64,000 bases of DNA from Flavobacteriales bacterium (GTDB taxonomy: Bacteria > Bacteroidota > Bacteroidia > Flavobacteriales > UBA7312), in assembly GCA_029248105.1 (NCBI GenBank), contig JAQWJZ010000003.1, positions 27,350 through 91,349 of the forward strand, given 5' to 3'. Below, piece by piece: positions 27,889-37,615 of the stretch. The notes under the pieces were generated by a model. The model had not been told where the DNA came from. It saw only the letters and a list, made by a program, of their open reading frames with translations, and did not search any database. How positions within the stretch are numbered: position 1 is the first letter of the stretch; every line of letters starts with the position of its first letter. The position numbers were made by a program, and so were the translations under genes.

Positions 27889-30849
27889 ATGCAAAATAAA
27901 AGTTTTATCTCTCTGTTCGCATTAGTGTTTGCAATTGTTTGTCTATACCAATTGTCTTTCACATGGATAGCTCAAGGAGTTGAGAAGGATGCAGTAGAGT
28001 ATTCGAATGGAGATGAGTTTAAAGAAAAAGCTTATTTAGATTCCATTTCATCGGAGCCTATCTACAATATCGGAGTTAAAAACTACACTTATAACGAGTG
28101 TAAATCAAGAGAAATAAATCTTGGTTTGGACCTTAAAGGTGGTATGAATGTTACTCTTGAAGTATCTGTTGTGGATGTGATAAGAGCAATGTCTAATTAA
28201 AACAAAGATGAAGCGTTTAATTCGGCTATTAACTTGGCAGTGAATAAACAGCTAGATAGTCAGGATGACTTTGTTACTCTATTCGCTCAATCTTTTACTG
28301 AGTTAAACCCAGAGGGAAAGCTTGCCTCAATTTTTTATACACCTGAACTAAAAGATAAAATAAACTCTACTTCGACAAACGATGAAGTAATGGGAGTGAT
28401 TCGTACTGAAGTTGAAGATGCGATTGACCGTTCATTTAATATTTTGAGATCTAGGATAGATAGATTTGGTGTTTCTCAACCAAACATTCAGCGTTTAGAA
28501 GGCTCAGGAAGAATTTTAGTTGAATTACCAGGTGTTAAAGATCCAGAAAGAGTTCGTAAACTTCTACAAGGAACAGCACAATTAGAGTTTTGGGAAACGT
28601 ATGAAAATGCTGAGATTTTAGGTGCGATTGATCAAATTAATACATTTCTTAAATCTCAAGTTGAATTAGAAGATACAATTGCTGATTCTGAGGAAATTGT
28701 TGAAAACACTGAAGTTGAAGAAGATTTTAATTCAGATTTATCTATTGATGAGTTAAGCACAAACTCAGAAGCTTCTTCTGATACTGCAGCTATGACTGCT
28801 GAACAATTTTCAAGAGAAAACCCATTATATGCCGTTTTATTTCCTAATCTGAATCAATCCAACCAACCTAACGAAGGTCCTGTTTGTGGAATATCTTCTG
28901 TAAAAGATACTGCTGCGGTCAATGCTTTTTTAAAGATGGACGAGGTTAAGAATATATTACCTAGAGATGTGCGTTTTTCTTGGACTGTAAAGCCATACGA
29001 TCCCGAAGGAAAGTTTGTTCAGTTAGTTGCTTTAAGAGTTACTTCAAGAGATGGTAAAGCGGCTATGGAAGGAGATGTCGTTACTGATGCTCGTACCGAC
29101 TTTGGTCAGTTTAACGGCTCACCTGAGGTGTCTATGGCAATGAATGCTGAAGGTGCAAGAATGTGGAAAAGATTAACAGCTGACAACATAGGTAAAAGTG
29201 TTGCTATTGTTTTAGATGATTATGTGTATTCATTTCCGACAGTTCAATCAGAAATTTCTGGTGGAAGATCCCAGATAACAGGTAACTTTACCATCAACGA
29301 AGCAAATGACTTATCTAATATCTTGAAGTCAGGTAAATTACCCGCACCTGCAAGAATCATTGAAGAAGCAATTGTTGGACCATCATTAGGTCAAGAGGCT
29401 ATTGATTCAGGCTTGAGATCATTCATTATAGCCTTGTCAATTGTATTGTTGTACATGATGTTCTATTACAGTTTTGCTGGTTTAGTATCAAATATTGCCC
29501 TTTTGGCAAACCTTTTCTTTGTGTTTGGTGTTTTATCCTCATTAGGTGCTGTACTTACGCTTCCTGGTATTGCAGGTATTGTATTAACAATTGGTATGTC
29601 AGTAGATGCAAACGTTCTTATTTATGAAAGAATACGTGAAGAGCTAATGAACGGCAAAGGGCTAAAGCTAGCTGTTTCAGATGGTTACAAAAATGCTTAC
29701 AGTTCAATTATTGATGCCAACGTGACCACTCTATTGACAGGTATTGTTCTTTATATATTTGGAAGTGGACCTATTAAAGGATTTGCTACAACTCTTGTAA
29801 TAGGTATTTTGACATCTTTATTCTCAGCTATTTTCTTAACACGTCTAATATTCCACTGGAGATTAGAGAAAAAGGGTGTAGCATCTTTTGATAACTCAAT
29901 TACCAGAGGTGCATTCAAAAACACAGCTATTGATTTTATTGGTAAGCGTAAAATTTTCTATGGAATATCATCTCTTATTATTTTGATAGGAATAGGTTCT
30001 TTAGTAACCAAAAAACTAAATTATGGTGTAGACTTCAAAGGGGGTAGAACTTTCGTTGTTCGTTTTGATGAACCTGTTGATAACGAAGCGATTAGAAATT
30101 CACTAGCTAATTATTTTATCGACGACTCTGGTCTTAAAATGTATCCTGAAGTAAAAACCTTTGGGGATAATAATCAAGTGAAAATTACTACTAAATACCT
30201 TATTGATAGTAAAGAATTGAGCGCCGATGCTATTGTTAGTGGCAAGTTAGACGATGGATTGGTAAGTATTGGTGATTATGAGGTGATGAGTTCTCAAAAA
30301 GTAGGACCAACTATTGCAGATGATATTAAAGTATCAGCATTATGGTCTATAATGTTCTCATTACTTATAATTTTCTTATATATCCTATTGAGATTTAGAA
30401 AATGGCAATTTAGTTTAGGTGCTGTTGCAGCAGTATTCCACGATGTATTAATTGTCTTATCAATATTCTCTTTGTTTTATGGGGTATTACCATTCTCATT
30501 AGAGATTGATCAAGCGTTTATTGCAGCTCTTTTAACAATAATTGGTTATTCTCTTAATGATACTGTTGTTGTATTTGATAGAATTAGAGAACATATGAAT
30601 ATCTTTAAGAAAAAAGAATTCAATTCACTAGTGAATAATGCATTAAATAGTACATTAAGTAGAACAGTAAACACGTCGCTTACTACATTCTTTGTGTTAT
30701 TAGTAATATTCTTGTTTGGAGGTGAGGTAATTCGAGGATTTATGTTTGCATTAATGGTAGGTGTAATTGTTGGGACTTATTCTTCATTATTTGTCGCTTC
30801 ACCAATAATGGTCGATACGGTCAAAAAATCAGAAGAAGATAAAAAATAA
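27889..30849 (+). pseudogene. secDF: Protein translocase subunit SecDF (fused), interrupted by an in-frame TAA at 28198-28200
   Basis: Track ORFs 27889-28200 (TM1 and the start of the periplasmic domain, ...GLDLKGGMNV...) and 28234-30849 are in the same frame ((28234-28198)/3 = 12). Read-through text ...IRAMSN*NKDEAFNSAINLAVNKQ is colinear with the N-terminal layout I recall for fused SecDF. Confidence 0.8.
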
Positions 30850-30870
30850 AATTCTTTATTTCTTAAGATT

Positions 30871-30899
30871 AAAAGTGCCCCAAAATTTGGGGCATTTTT
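30871..30899 (+). terminator. Rho-independent terminator after secDF
   Basis: TGCCCC aaaattt GGGGCA followed by a T-run. Confidence 0.7.
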
Positions 30900-30925
30900 A
30901 ATTTAATGCAATTACTTTTATTATT

Positions 30926-30933
30926 TAACTTTG
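30926..30933 (+). promoter_or_regulatory. Bacteroidetes-type -7 box (TAACTTTG) for tatA
   Basis: TAnnTTTG match 22 nt upstream of the ATG at 30956. Confidence 0.4.
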
Positions 30934-30955
30934 CGTTGTTAAGAACACATATTAT

Positions 30956-31180
30956 ATGACTTCTATTTTATTATTTATAGGCGGACCAGAAATTGTAATT
31001 ATTATGTTGGTGGTCGTTATGTTATTTGGCTCAAAAAAAATACCTGAAATTGCGCGAGGCTTGGGTAAGGGTATGAGAGAGTTGAAAGATGCATCTAACG
31101 ATATAAAAAGGGAAATTCGTTCTAGTGCAACATCAGTTAAAGAGGAGATACAAAAGGTCGAAAAAGACTTAGAGAAATAA
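30956..31180 (+). CDS. tatA: Twin-arginine translocase subunit TatA/E
   Basis: 74 aa. N-terminal TM helix, then FGSKKIPEIARGLGKGMRELK amphipathic helix. Confidence 0.9.
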   Translation: MTSILLFIGGPEIVIIMLVVVMLFGSKKIPEIARGLGKGMRELKDASNDIKREIRSSATSVKEEIQKVEKDLEK

Positions 31181-31191
31181 TCCATAAAGCT

Positions 31192-31227
31192 AAAAAAAAC
31201 TAACAAGAGCTCTTGTTAGTTTTTTTA
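31192..31227. terminator. Bidirectional rho-independent terminator
   Basis: Perfect palindrome ACTAACAAGAG/CTCTTGTTAGT flanked by an A-run and a T-run, between convergent tatA and the glutamine synthetase gene. Confidence 0.8.
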
Positions 31228-31246
31228 TTTACTTAAGTAAAATAAT

Positions 31247-32254
31247 CTACTCGGCGCTTTTGACAGTTTTTATAATCCTAGCCGCAATTTTATAAGGATC
31301 GCCATTTGAAGCTGGTCTTCTATCTTCTAACCAACCTTTCCATCCATTTTCAACTACCATAATAGGAATTCTTATAGATGCACCTCTATCAGAAACACCA
31401 TAGCTGAAATCATTGATTGATGCTGTTTCGTGTAAGCCAGTAAGCCTTTCGTCATTATAGGCACCGTAAACAGAGATATGCTCTTTAGTTACTGGTCTGA
31501 ATGCTTCACAAATCTTTTCATACGTTTCTTTAGAACCACAAGTTCTTAGGGTTGTGTTTGAAAAGTTAGCATGCATACCTGAACCATTCCAATCGCCTTT
31601 AACTGGCTTTGGGTGGTATTCAATGTAATAGCCGTAGCTTTCGGTTAATCTGTCTAAAAGGTATCTTGCAATCCAAATTTCATCACCAGCTTTTTTAGCT
31701 CCCTTAGCGAATAATTGAAATTCCCATTGTCCACTAGCAACTTCTTGGTTAATTCCTTCAAAATTAAGCCCAGCCTCAATACATAAGTCAGCATGTTCTT
31801 CAACAAAATCTCTACCATGAGTATTTCTTCCGCCAACAGAACAGTAATACAGTCCTTGTGGACCAGGATACCCGCCTAATGGAAATCCTAAGGGGAGTTG
31901 TGTTTGAGTGTCCATAATGAAATATTCTTGTTCGAAGCCGAACCAAAAATCATTATCATCATCATCAATGGTTGCTCTTCCGTTTGATGAATGATTGCTA
32001 CCATCCGCATTTAAAACCTCAGTCATTACAAGATAGCCATTAATTCTTGTAGGGTCAGGGTAAATTGCGACAGGTTTAAGTAGGCAGTCTGAAGATCCAC
32101 CTGAAGCCTGTAAAGTAGAACTTCCATCAAAAGACCATATAGGGCAGTCTTCTAGCTTACCACTAAAATTATTGATAATTTTAGTTTTACTTCTCATATT
32201 TTGAGTTGGCTCGTAGCCGTCAAGCCAAATGTACTCGAGTTTACTTTTAGTCAT
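31247..32254 (-). CDS. glnA: Glutamine synthetase, type II (eukaryote-like, ~335 aa)
   Basis: LEYIWLDG N-terminus, FGFEQEYF, GSGMHANFS, RGASIRIP motifs. Confidence 0.9.
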   Translation of the reverse strand: MTKSKLEYIWLDGYEPTQNMRSKTKIINNFSGKLEDCPIWSFDGSSTLQASGGSSDCLLKPVAIYPDPTRINGYLVMTEVLNADGSNHSSNGRATIDDDDNDFWFGFEQEYFIMDTQTQLPLGFPLGGYPGPQGLYYCSVGGRNTHGRDFVEEHADLCIEAGLNFEGINQEVASGQWEFQLFAKGAKKAGDEIWIARYLLDRLTESYGYYIEYHPKPVKGDWNGSGMHANFSNTTLRTCGSKETYEKICEAFRPVTKEHISVYGAYNDERLTGLHETASINDFSYGVSDRGASIRIPIMVVENGWKGWLEDRRPASNGDPYKIAARIIKTVKSAE

Positions 32255-32292
32255 TTTTTAACTGTGTTAAATTAGATAGTGTATTAAGTACA

Positions 32293-32300
32293 CAAATATA
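32293..32300 (-). promoter_or_regulatory. Bacteroidetes-type -7 box (TATATTTG on minus strand) for glutamine synthetase
   Basis: TAnnTTTG match 38 nt upstream of the ATG at 32254. Confidence 0.35.
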
Positions 32301-32426
32301 GTTGATAATGTCGTTTATTTGCGGTAAAATTACCAAAAATATTAACAACTTTTTAATAGATATTAGATTGTAATGTTATCGAATGAAATAAATCCTTATT
32401 TTAGCAAAAATTCTATGATTTAAAAA

Positions 32427-34457
32427 ATGAAACATTTACTTTCACTTACGATGTTGTTTTTTTTGGTGTCTACAACATCACTTTTGTCACAATCTTCTAA
32501 GAAAAACAAGATGTCTAAGGCTGATAAAGCCTATATGATGCAGAATTATTATGAGGCTGAAAAGCTTTATAAAGCAGATTATGCTAAGGAGAAAAATAGA
32601 GCTAAAAAGGCTGAATTAATTTTTCTTCAGGCTGAATGTGCACGAAATATAGGTACGCCGATTTACTTAAAGAAAGCAATGGCTATGTACAAAAGAGCCA
32701 TTAAAGCAAAATACCCTCATGCAGAAGTGTATCTTAGGTATGCGCAGGTGTTACAAAAGCAACAAAAGTTCTCAGATGCTATAGTTCAATATGAAAAGTA
32801 TAAAGAGTTTAAGCCTAACGATGATAGAGCTGACAAAGGAATACAATCTTGTATGTTTGCCCTTGACGCACTTCAAAACCCAAGTCGCTACGAGTTAACA
32901 TCTTTTCAGCACAATACTAACCAAGAGGAATACTCTCCGTGTTATGCTAGTAGAGATTATGATGAGTTGTTTTTTACATCTTCTCGTGACGGTTCGTTAG
33001 GAAAATCTGCTGATGGATTTACTGGTAATTCTTTTACTGATATCTATTGGTCTAAATACGATAAAAAGAAGAAAAGATGGTCCAAGCCATCTCCATTTGA
33101 AGAGCCGATGAATACTTCTGACCACGAAGCATCTCCTTCACTCAACAAAAGAGGAAATGAATTATACTTTACCAGGTGTATGGAAAACTCGAAAATCAAG
33201 CCTATTCCTACATGTGAAATATATTTCTCCAAGAAAAAAGGCAAGAATTGGATTTCTCCAGTATTGTTGCCGCTACCTTACGACAGCGTAAGTAGTTTTG
33301 CACATCCTTCACTAAGTTCTGATGGAAAGGTACTTTATTTCTCATCTGATATGAAAGGCGGTTATGGAGGTAAAGATATCTGGTATATCAAAAAAGTTAA
33401 AAGAGATGAATGGAGTGAGCCTATTAACTTAGGGGATGAAATAAATACGAGTGGAAACGAATTGTTCCCTTTTATACATGCAGATGGTTCTCTTTATTTT
33501 TCATCAGACGGTCATGTTGGTATGGGCGGGCTTGATATTTTTAAAGCGGTATTTGATGCTGAAAATAACCTTCGCTCTGTAAATAATATGAACAGCCCAA
33601 TCAACTCATCAAATGATGATTTTGGAATTATTTTTGAAGACGAAGAAGAGAGAGGATACTTATCTTCAAATAGATTAGGTAGTAAGGGAGACGATATATA
33701 CAGATTTAATTTGCCTAAACTTAATTTAACTCTTTCAGGGATTATCACTGATTTAAAGACTAAGCAAATTATTTCAGGTGCTACAATTGATATAGTAGGT
33801 AGTGACGGGAGTATTTCTCAAACTGTTACTGACAATTCTGGAAGATATTTATTTGATGAAGAGTTCGTCAAGGAGAATGTTTCTTATAGCATAACGGTGT
33901 CAAATGAAGGTTACTTATCTTCTAATTTTACGCAATCAACAATAGGAGTAAATGAATCAGTAAATATGGTTCAAGATATTGTCCTTGAAGCAACTCTTAA
34001 AGAAATAGTCTTGCCTAAAATCGAATACGACTTTAATAGTGCTGAGTTAAGAAAAGAATCCAAGGAAGCGCTTAATACACTAGTTGCAGTTCTTGTAGAA
34101 AACCCTAACGTTGTGATTCAATTACGTTCGCATACAGATAACAGAGCTGGAGATGAGTTCAATATGGAGTTATCTCAAAGAAGGGCTCAAATTTGTGTAG
34201 ACTATATGGTCGATAAAGGAATAAAACCTATGAGGTTAATTGCAAAAGGAGTGGGTGAGAATGAGCCATTTGTTATGGATGTAAAAGATGGTAAACTAAA
34301 ACCTGGTGCAATTCTAAATGAAGCATTCTTTGAAAAATTAAAAAGAAAGAAAGATATCGAAAAGGCGCATCAATACAACAGGAGAACAGATTTCAAAGTT
34401 GTTCTTGATTCATTTTACGATGCCGAGTCGGATAGAGTGCTTCCCAAAAAGAAGTAG
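32427..34457 (+). CDS. OmpA-family protein (TPR + TolB-like beta-propeller repeats + CarboxypepD_reg-like + OmpA C-terminal domain)
   Basis: 676 aa. Signal peptide; repeated PD40-like segments (ELYFTR, VLYFSSD, SLYFSSD). C-terminal OmpA peptidoglycan-binding pattern (LRSHTDNRAGDEFNMELSQRRA). Confidence 0.85.
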   Translation: MKHLLSLTMLFFLVSTTSLLSQSSKKNKMSKADKAYMMQNYYEAEKLYKADYAKEKNRAKKAELIFLQAECARNIGTPIYLKKAMAMYKRAIKAKYPHAEVYLRYAQVLQKQQKFSDAIVQYEKYKEFKPNDDRADKGIQSCMFALDALQNPSRYELTSFQHNTNQEEYSPCYASRDYDELFFTSSRDGSLGKSADGFTGNSFTDIYWSKYDKKKKRWSKPSPFEEPMNTSDHEASPSLNKRGNELYFTRCMENSKIKPIPTCEIYFSKKKGKNWISPVLLPLPYDSVSSFAHPSLSSDGKVLYFSSDMKGGYGGKDIWYIKKVKRDEWSEPINLGDEINTSGNELFPFIHADGSLYFSSDGHVGMGGLDIFKAVFDAENNLRSVNNMNSPINSSNDDFGIIFEDEEERGYLSSNRLGSKGDDIYRFNLPKLNLTLSGIITDLKTKQIISGATIDIVGSDGSISQTVTDNSGRYLFDEEFVKENVSYSITVSNEGYLSSNFTQSTIGVNESVNMVQDIVLEATLKEIVLPKIEYDFNSAELRKESKEALNTLVAVLVENPNVVIQLRSHTDNRAGDEFNMELSQRRAQICVDYMVDKGIKPMRLIAKGVGENEPFVMDVKDGKLKPGAILNEAFFEKLKRKKDIEKAHQYNRRTDFKVVLDSFYDAESDRVLPKKK

Positions 34458-34477
34458 CTTAATTTAACAATTTTAAA

Positions 34478-34512
34478 AGCGTCTCGATTTTTTTTCGAGA
34501 TGCTTTTTTTTT
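34478..34512 (+). terminator. Rho-independent terminator after the OmpA-family gene
   Basis: 10-bp stem AGCGTCTCGA/TCGAGATGCT (one G-T wobble), T7 loop, T9 tail. Covers the track's upstream start (34500) of the next ORF. Confidence 0.65.
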
Positions 34513-34520
34513 ACAAAATA

Positions 34521-35687
34521 ATGAGCAATAATAGATACAATTTAAGAGGTGTTTCTGCTGACAAGGAAGATGTTCACAATGCTATCAAAAATGTAGATAA
34601 AGGGTTGTTCCCTAAAGCATTTTGTAAAATAGTTCCTGATTATCTTGCGAATGACGATGATTATTGTGTGGTTATGCATGCTGATGGCGCAGGCACCAAA
34701 TCATCTTTGGCTTATATGTATTGGAAAGAAACCGGAGACATTTCTGTATGGAAAGGCATTGCCCAAGATGCCTTAGTAATGAATATAGACGATTTATTGT
34801 GTGTTGGTGCAGTCGATAATATACTATTATCATCTACAATAGGAAGAAATAAAAACTTAATACCTGGTGATGTTATATCTGCTATAATTAATGGAACAGA
34901 AGAGTTGCTAGCCGATTTAAGAGGTTTTGGTGTGGATATACACTCAACTGGAGGAGAGACTGCAGATGTTGGTGATTTGGTTAGAACCATAATTGTTGAT
35001 TCTACCGTTGTAGCAAGAATGAAAAAGTCTAAAGTTATTTCCAATAGTAATATTAAGGATGGTGATGTTATAGTAGGTTTGTCATCATTTGGACAAGCTA
35101 ACTATGAAAGTGACTATAATGGAGGTATGGGGAGCAATGGTTTGACATCAGCACGACACGATGTTTTTGCCAAGTATCTTTCAAAAAAGTATCCTGAAAG
35201 TTTTGACGCCTCTGTGCCAGAAGAATTAGTTTATTCTGGGAGTAAATCGCTAACAGATACTTTAGAAGGATTAAGTATAGATATTGGTAAATTAGTGTTG
35301 TCACCAACTAGGACTTATGCCCCTATAATCAAAGAAATTCTAGAAAGACATAGAGAAGATATTCACGGAATGGTTCATTGTAGTGGTGGAGCACAAACAA
35401 AAGTATTACATTTTGTAGATGATGTTCACATTATAAAAGACAATATGTTTGATATTCCCCCTTTGTTTGACTTGATTCAAAAAGAATCTGGTACGGATTG
35501 GAAAGAGATGTACAAGGTTTTTAATATGGGGCATAGAATGGAATTATATGTCTCTCAAGAAATCGCTGACTCACTAATTTCTATTTCAGAATCATTTGGT
35601 GTTGAGGCTAAAATTATTGGCAGAGTAGAGTCCCACAATGGTAAAAAATTAACTATCAAAAGCTCCTATGGAGAATTTATATACTAG
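34521..35687 (+). CDS. AIR synthase-related protein (PurM-like phosphoribosylformylglycinamidine cyclo-ligase)
   Basis: About 388 aa from ATG 34521. DGAGTK and PurM N/C-domain pattern (MHCSGGAQTK, FNMGHRME). Confidence 0.75.
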   Translation: MSNNRYNLRGVSADKEDVHNAIKNVDKGLFPKAFCKIVPDYLANDDDYCVVMHADGAGTKSSLAYMYWKETGDISVWKGIAQDALVMNIDDLLCVGAVDNILLSSTIGRNKNLIPGDVISAIINGTEELLADLRGFGVDIHSTGGETADVGDLVRTIIVDSTVVARMKKSKVISNSNIKDGDVIVGLSSFGQANYESDYNGGMGSNGLTSARHDVFAKYLSKKYPESFDASVPEELVYSGSKSLTDTLEGLSIDIGKLVLSPTRTYAPIIKEILERHREDIHGMVHCSGGAQTKVLHFVDDVHIIKDNMFDIPPLFDLIQKESGTDWKEMYKVFNMGHRMELYVSQEIADSLISISESFGVEAKIIGRVESHNGKKLTIKSSYGEFIY

Positions 35688-36758
35688 ATGTTAGACAAGT
35701 TAGAAGCGATAAAAAATAGATTTGATGAAGTGTCAGAGCTTATTGTTGATCCCAACATAATTTCTGATATGAAACAGTATATCCAACTTAATAAAGAATA
35801 CAAAGACCTTCAGCCGATTATTGAGGCTTATCACGAATATAAAAATATATTATCCAACATTGAAAATGCAAAAGAGATGTTGAAAGATGATGAAATGAAG
35901 GAAATGGCAAAAATAGAGTTAGACGATTTGATGCCAAAACAAGAAGTCTTGGAGGAAGAGATAAAGGTTTTATTAATTCCTAAAGATCCTGCTGATTCTA
36001 AAAATGCAGTTGTCGAGATACGTGCTGGTGCGGGTGGTGATGAAGCAAGTATTTTTACGGGCGATCTGTATAGACTTTATAGTAACTATGCTAGTTCAAA
36101 AAGTTGGAAAACAGAGGTTGTTGATGTGGCAGAAGGAACTTCTGGAGGGTATAAAGAAATCATTTTTAATGTCAAAGGTGAAGATGTTTATGGAATGCTA
36201 AAATTTGAATCTGGGGTACACCGTGTTCAAAGAGTGCCTCAAACTGAAACTCAAGGAAGAGTGCATACATCGGCTGCTTCTGTAGTGGTCATGCCTGAGG
36301 CTGAAGAGTTTGATGTTGAAATAAAAGATAGTGATATAAGAAAAGACACCTATTGTTCTTCGGGTCCAGGTGGTCAGTCGGTAAATACAACTTACTCCGC
36401 TGTTAGACTAACACACATACCAACAGGTGTTGTTGCACAATGTCAAGATCAGAAATCGCAGCACAAAAATTACGATAAAGCCTTGAAAGTATTGCGTTCT
36501 CGTATTTATGAAATTGAAATGCAAAAGCGTTTAGAAGAGTTGTCTGGCCAACGTAAATCAATGGTCGTAACTGGAGATCGTTCTGCAAAGATCAGAACTT
36601 ACAATTATCCTCAAGGTCGAGTAACAGATCACCGTATTGGACTCACACAATATAACCTATCTAATGTAATGGATGGCGAAATTGATAAATTTATCGAGGA
36701 GTTACAATTGGCTGAAAATGCAGAAAGGCTAAAAGAAGGCACCACTAATGATAATTAA
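35688..36758 (+). CDS. prfA: Peptide chain release factor 1
   Basis: 356 aa. GGQ motif [11 protein letters not shown] and RF1-type region [18 protein letters not shown]. Confidence 0.97.
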   Translation: MLDKLEAIKNRFDEVSELIVDPNIISDMKQYIQLNKEYKDLQPIIEAYHEYKNILSNIENAKEMLKDDEMKEMAKIELDDLMPKQEVLEEEIKVLLIPKDPADSKNAVVEIRAGAGGDEASIFTGDLYRLYSNYASSKSWKTEVVDVAEGTSGGYKEIIFNVKGEDVYGMLKFESGVHRVQRVPQTETQGRVHTSAASVVVMPEAEEFDVEIKDSDIRKDTYCSSGPGGQSVNTTYSAVRLTHIPTGVVAQCQDQKSQHKNYDKALKVLRSRIYEIEMQKRLEELSGQRKSMVVTGDRSAKIRTYNYPQGRVTDHRIGLTQYNLSNVMDGEIDKFIEELQLAENAERLKEGTTNDN

Positions 36759-36760
36759 CA

Positions 36761-37579
36761 ATGACTAAAGAAGAGTTATTTCAGCAAATACAAAAGAAAG
36801 AATCTTTCCTATGCATAGGTTTAGATACCGATTTGCAAAAAATACCAAAACACCTTCTTGATTCAGAAGATCCAATATTTGAGTTTAACAAACAAATAAT
36901 TGATGCTACTCACGATTTGTGTGTGGCTTATAAGCCCAACATAGCTTTTTATGAAAGTATGGGACTTAAGGGTTGGGATAGTTTACAAAAGACACTTAAT
37001 TATATTCCTAAAGAGATATTTACAATTGCTGATGCTAAAAGAGGTGATATCGGAAACACATCTAATATGTATGCCAAGACCTTTTTTGAAACTTATAATT
37101 TTGATTCAGTTACAGTTGCGCCATATATGGGTTCTGATTCAGTAAAACCTTTTCTAGATTTTGAAGGTAAGTGGGCTATTGTTTTAGCATTAACATCAAA
37201 CCAAGGCGGATTAGATTTTCAGATGATTAAAGATTATGATGGTAATATGTTGTATCAAAAGGTATTGGAGAAAGTACAAACCTATGGGCAGAACATAATG
37301 TTTGTAGTGGGTGCTACTAGATCAGAATCTTTAAAAAAGGTTCGTGACATAGCCCCTGATAACTTTTTACTTGTTCCTGGTGTAGGTGCTCAAGGCGGTA
37401 GTTTAGAGGATGTTGCTAAATACGGAATGAATGACCATTGTGGTTTGTTAGTCAATTCATCAAGAGGAATTATTTACGCTAGTTCTTCGGAAGACTTTGC
37501 CATTGCCGCTAGAAGAAAGGCCTTCGACTTGCAAGGTGCTATGAGTGAAATGTTGAAAAAAGCATCACTCGTACAATAA
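36761..37579 (+). CDS. pyrF: Orotidine 5'-phosphate decarboxylase (type 2)
   Basis: 272 aa. LCIGLDTD and [10 protein letters not shown] active-site motifs. Confidence 0.93.
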   Translation: MTKEELFQQIQKKESFLCIGLDTDLQKIPKHLLDSEDPIFEFNKQIIDATHDLCVAYKPNIAFYESMGLKGWDSLQKTLNYIPKEIFTIADAKRGDIGNTSNMYAKTFFETYNFDSVTVAPYMGSDSVKPFLDFEGKWAIVLALTSNQGGLDFQMIKDYDGNMLYQKVLEKVQTYGQNIMFVVGATRSESLKKVRDIAPDNFLLVPGVGAQGGSLEDVAKYGMNDHCGLLVNSSRGIIYASSSEDFAIAARRKAFDLQGAMSEMLKKASLVQ

Positions 37580-37615
37580 AAGATACAAAAACACATTATA
37601 CTCATTAAACTAATA

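Noticed and set aside
32296-32337. Small palindromes upstream of glutamine synthetase (TGTATTAAGTACA; GGTAAAATTACC) as nitrogen-regulator sites
   Set aside because: The arms are short and the spacing does not match any binding-site consensus I can name with confidence. This cannot be supported from one sequence.
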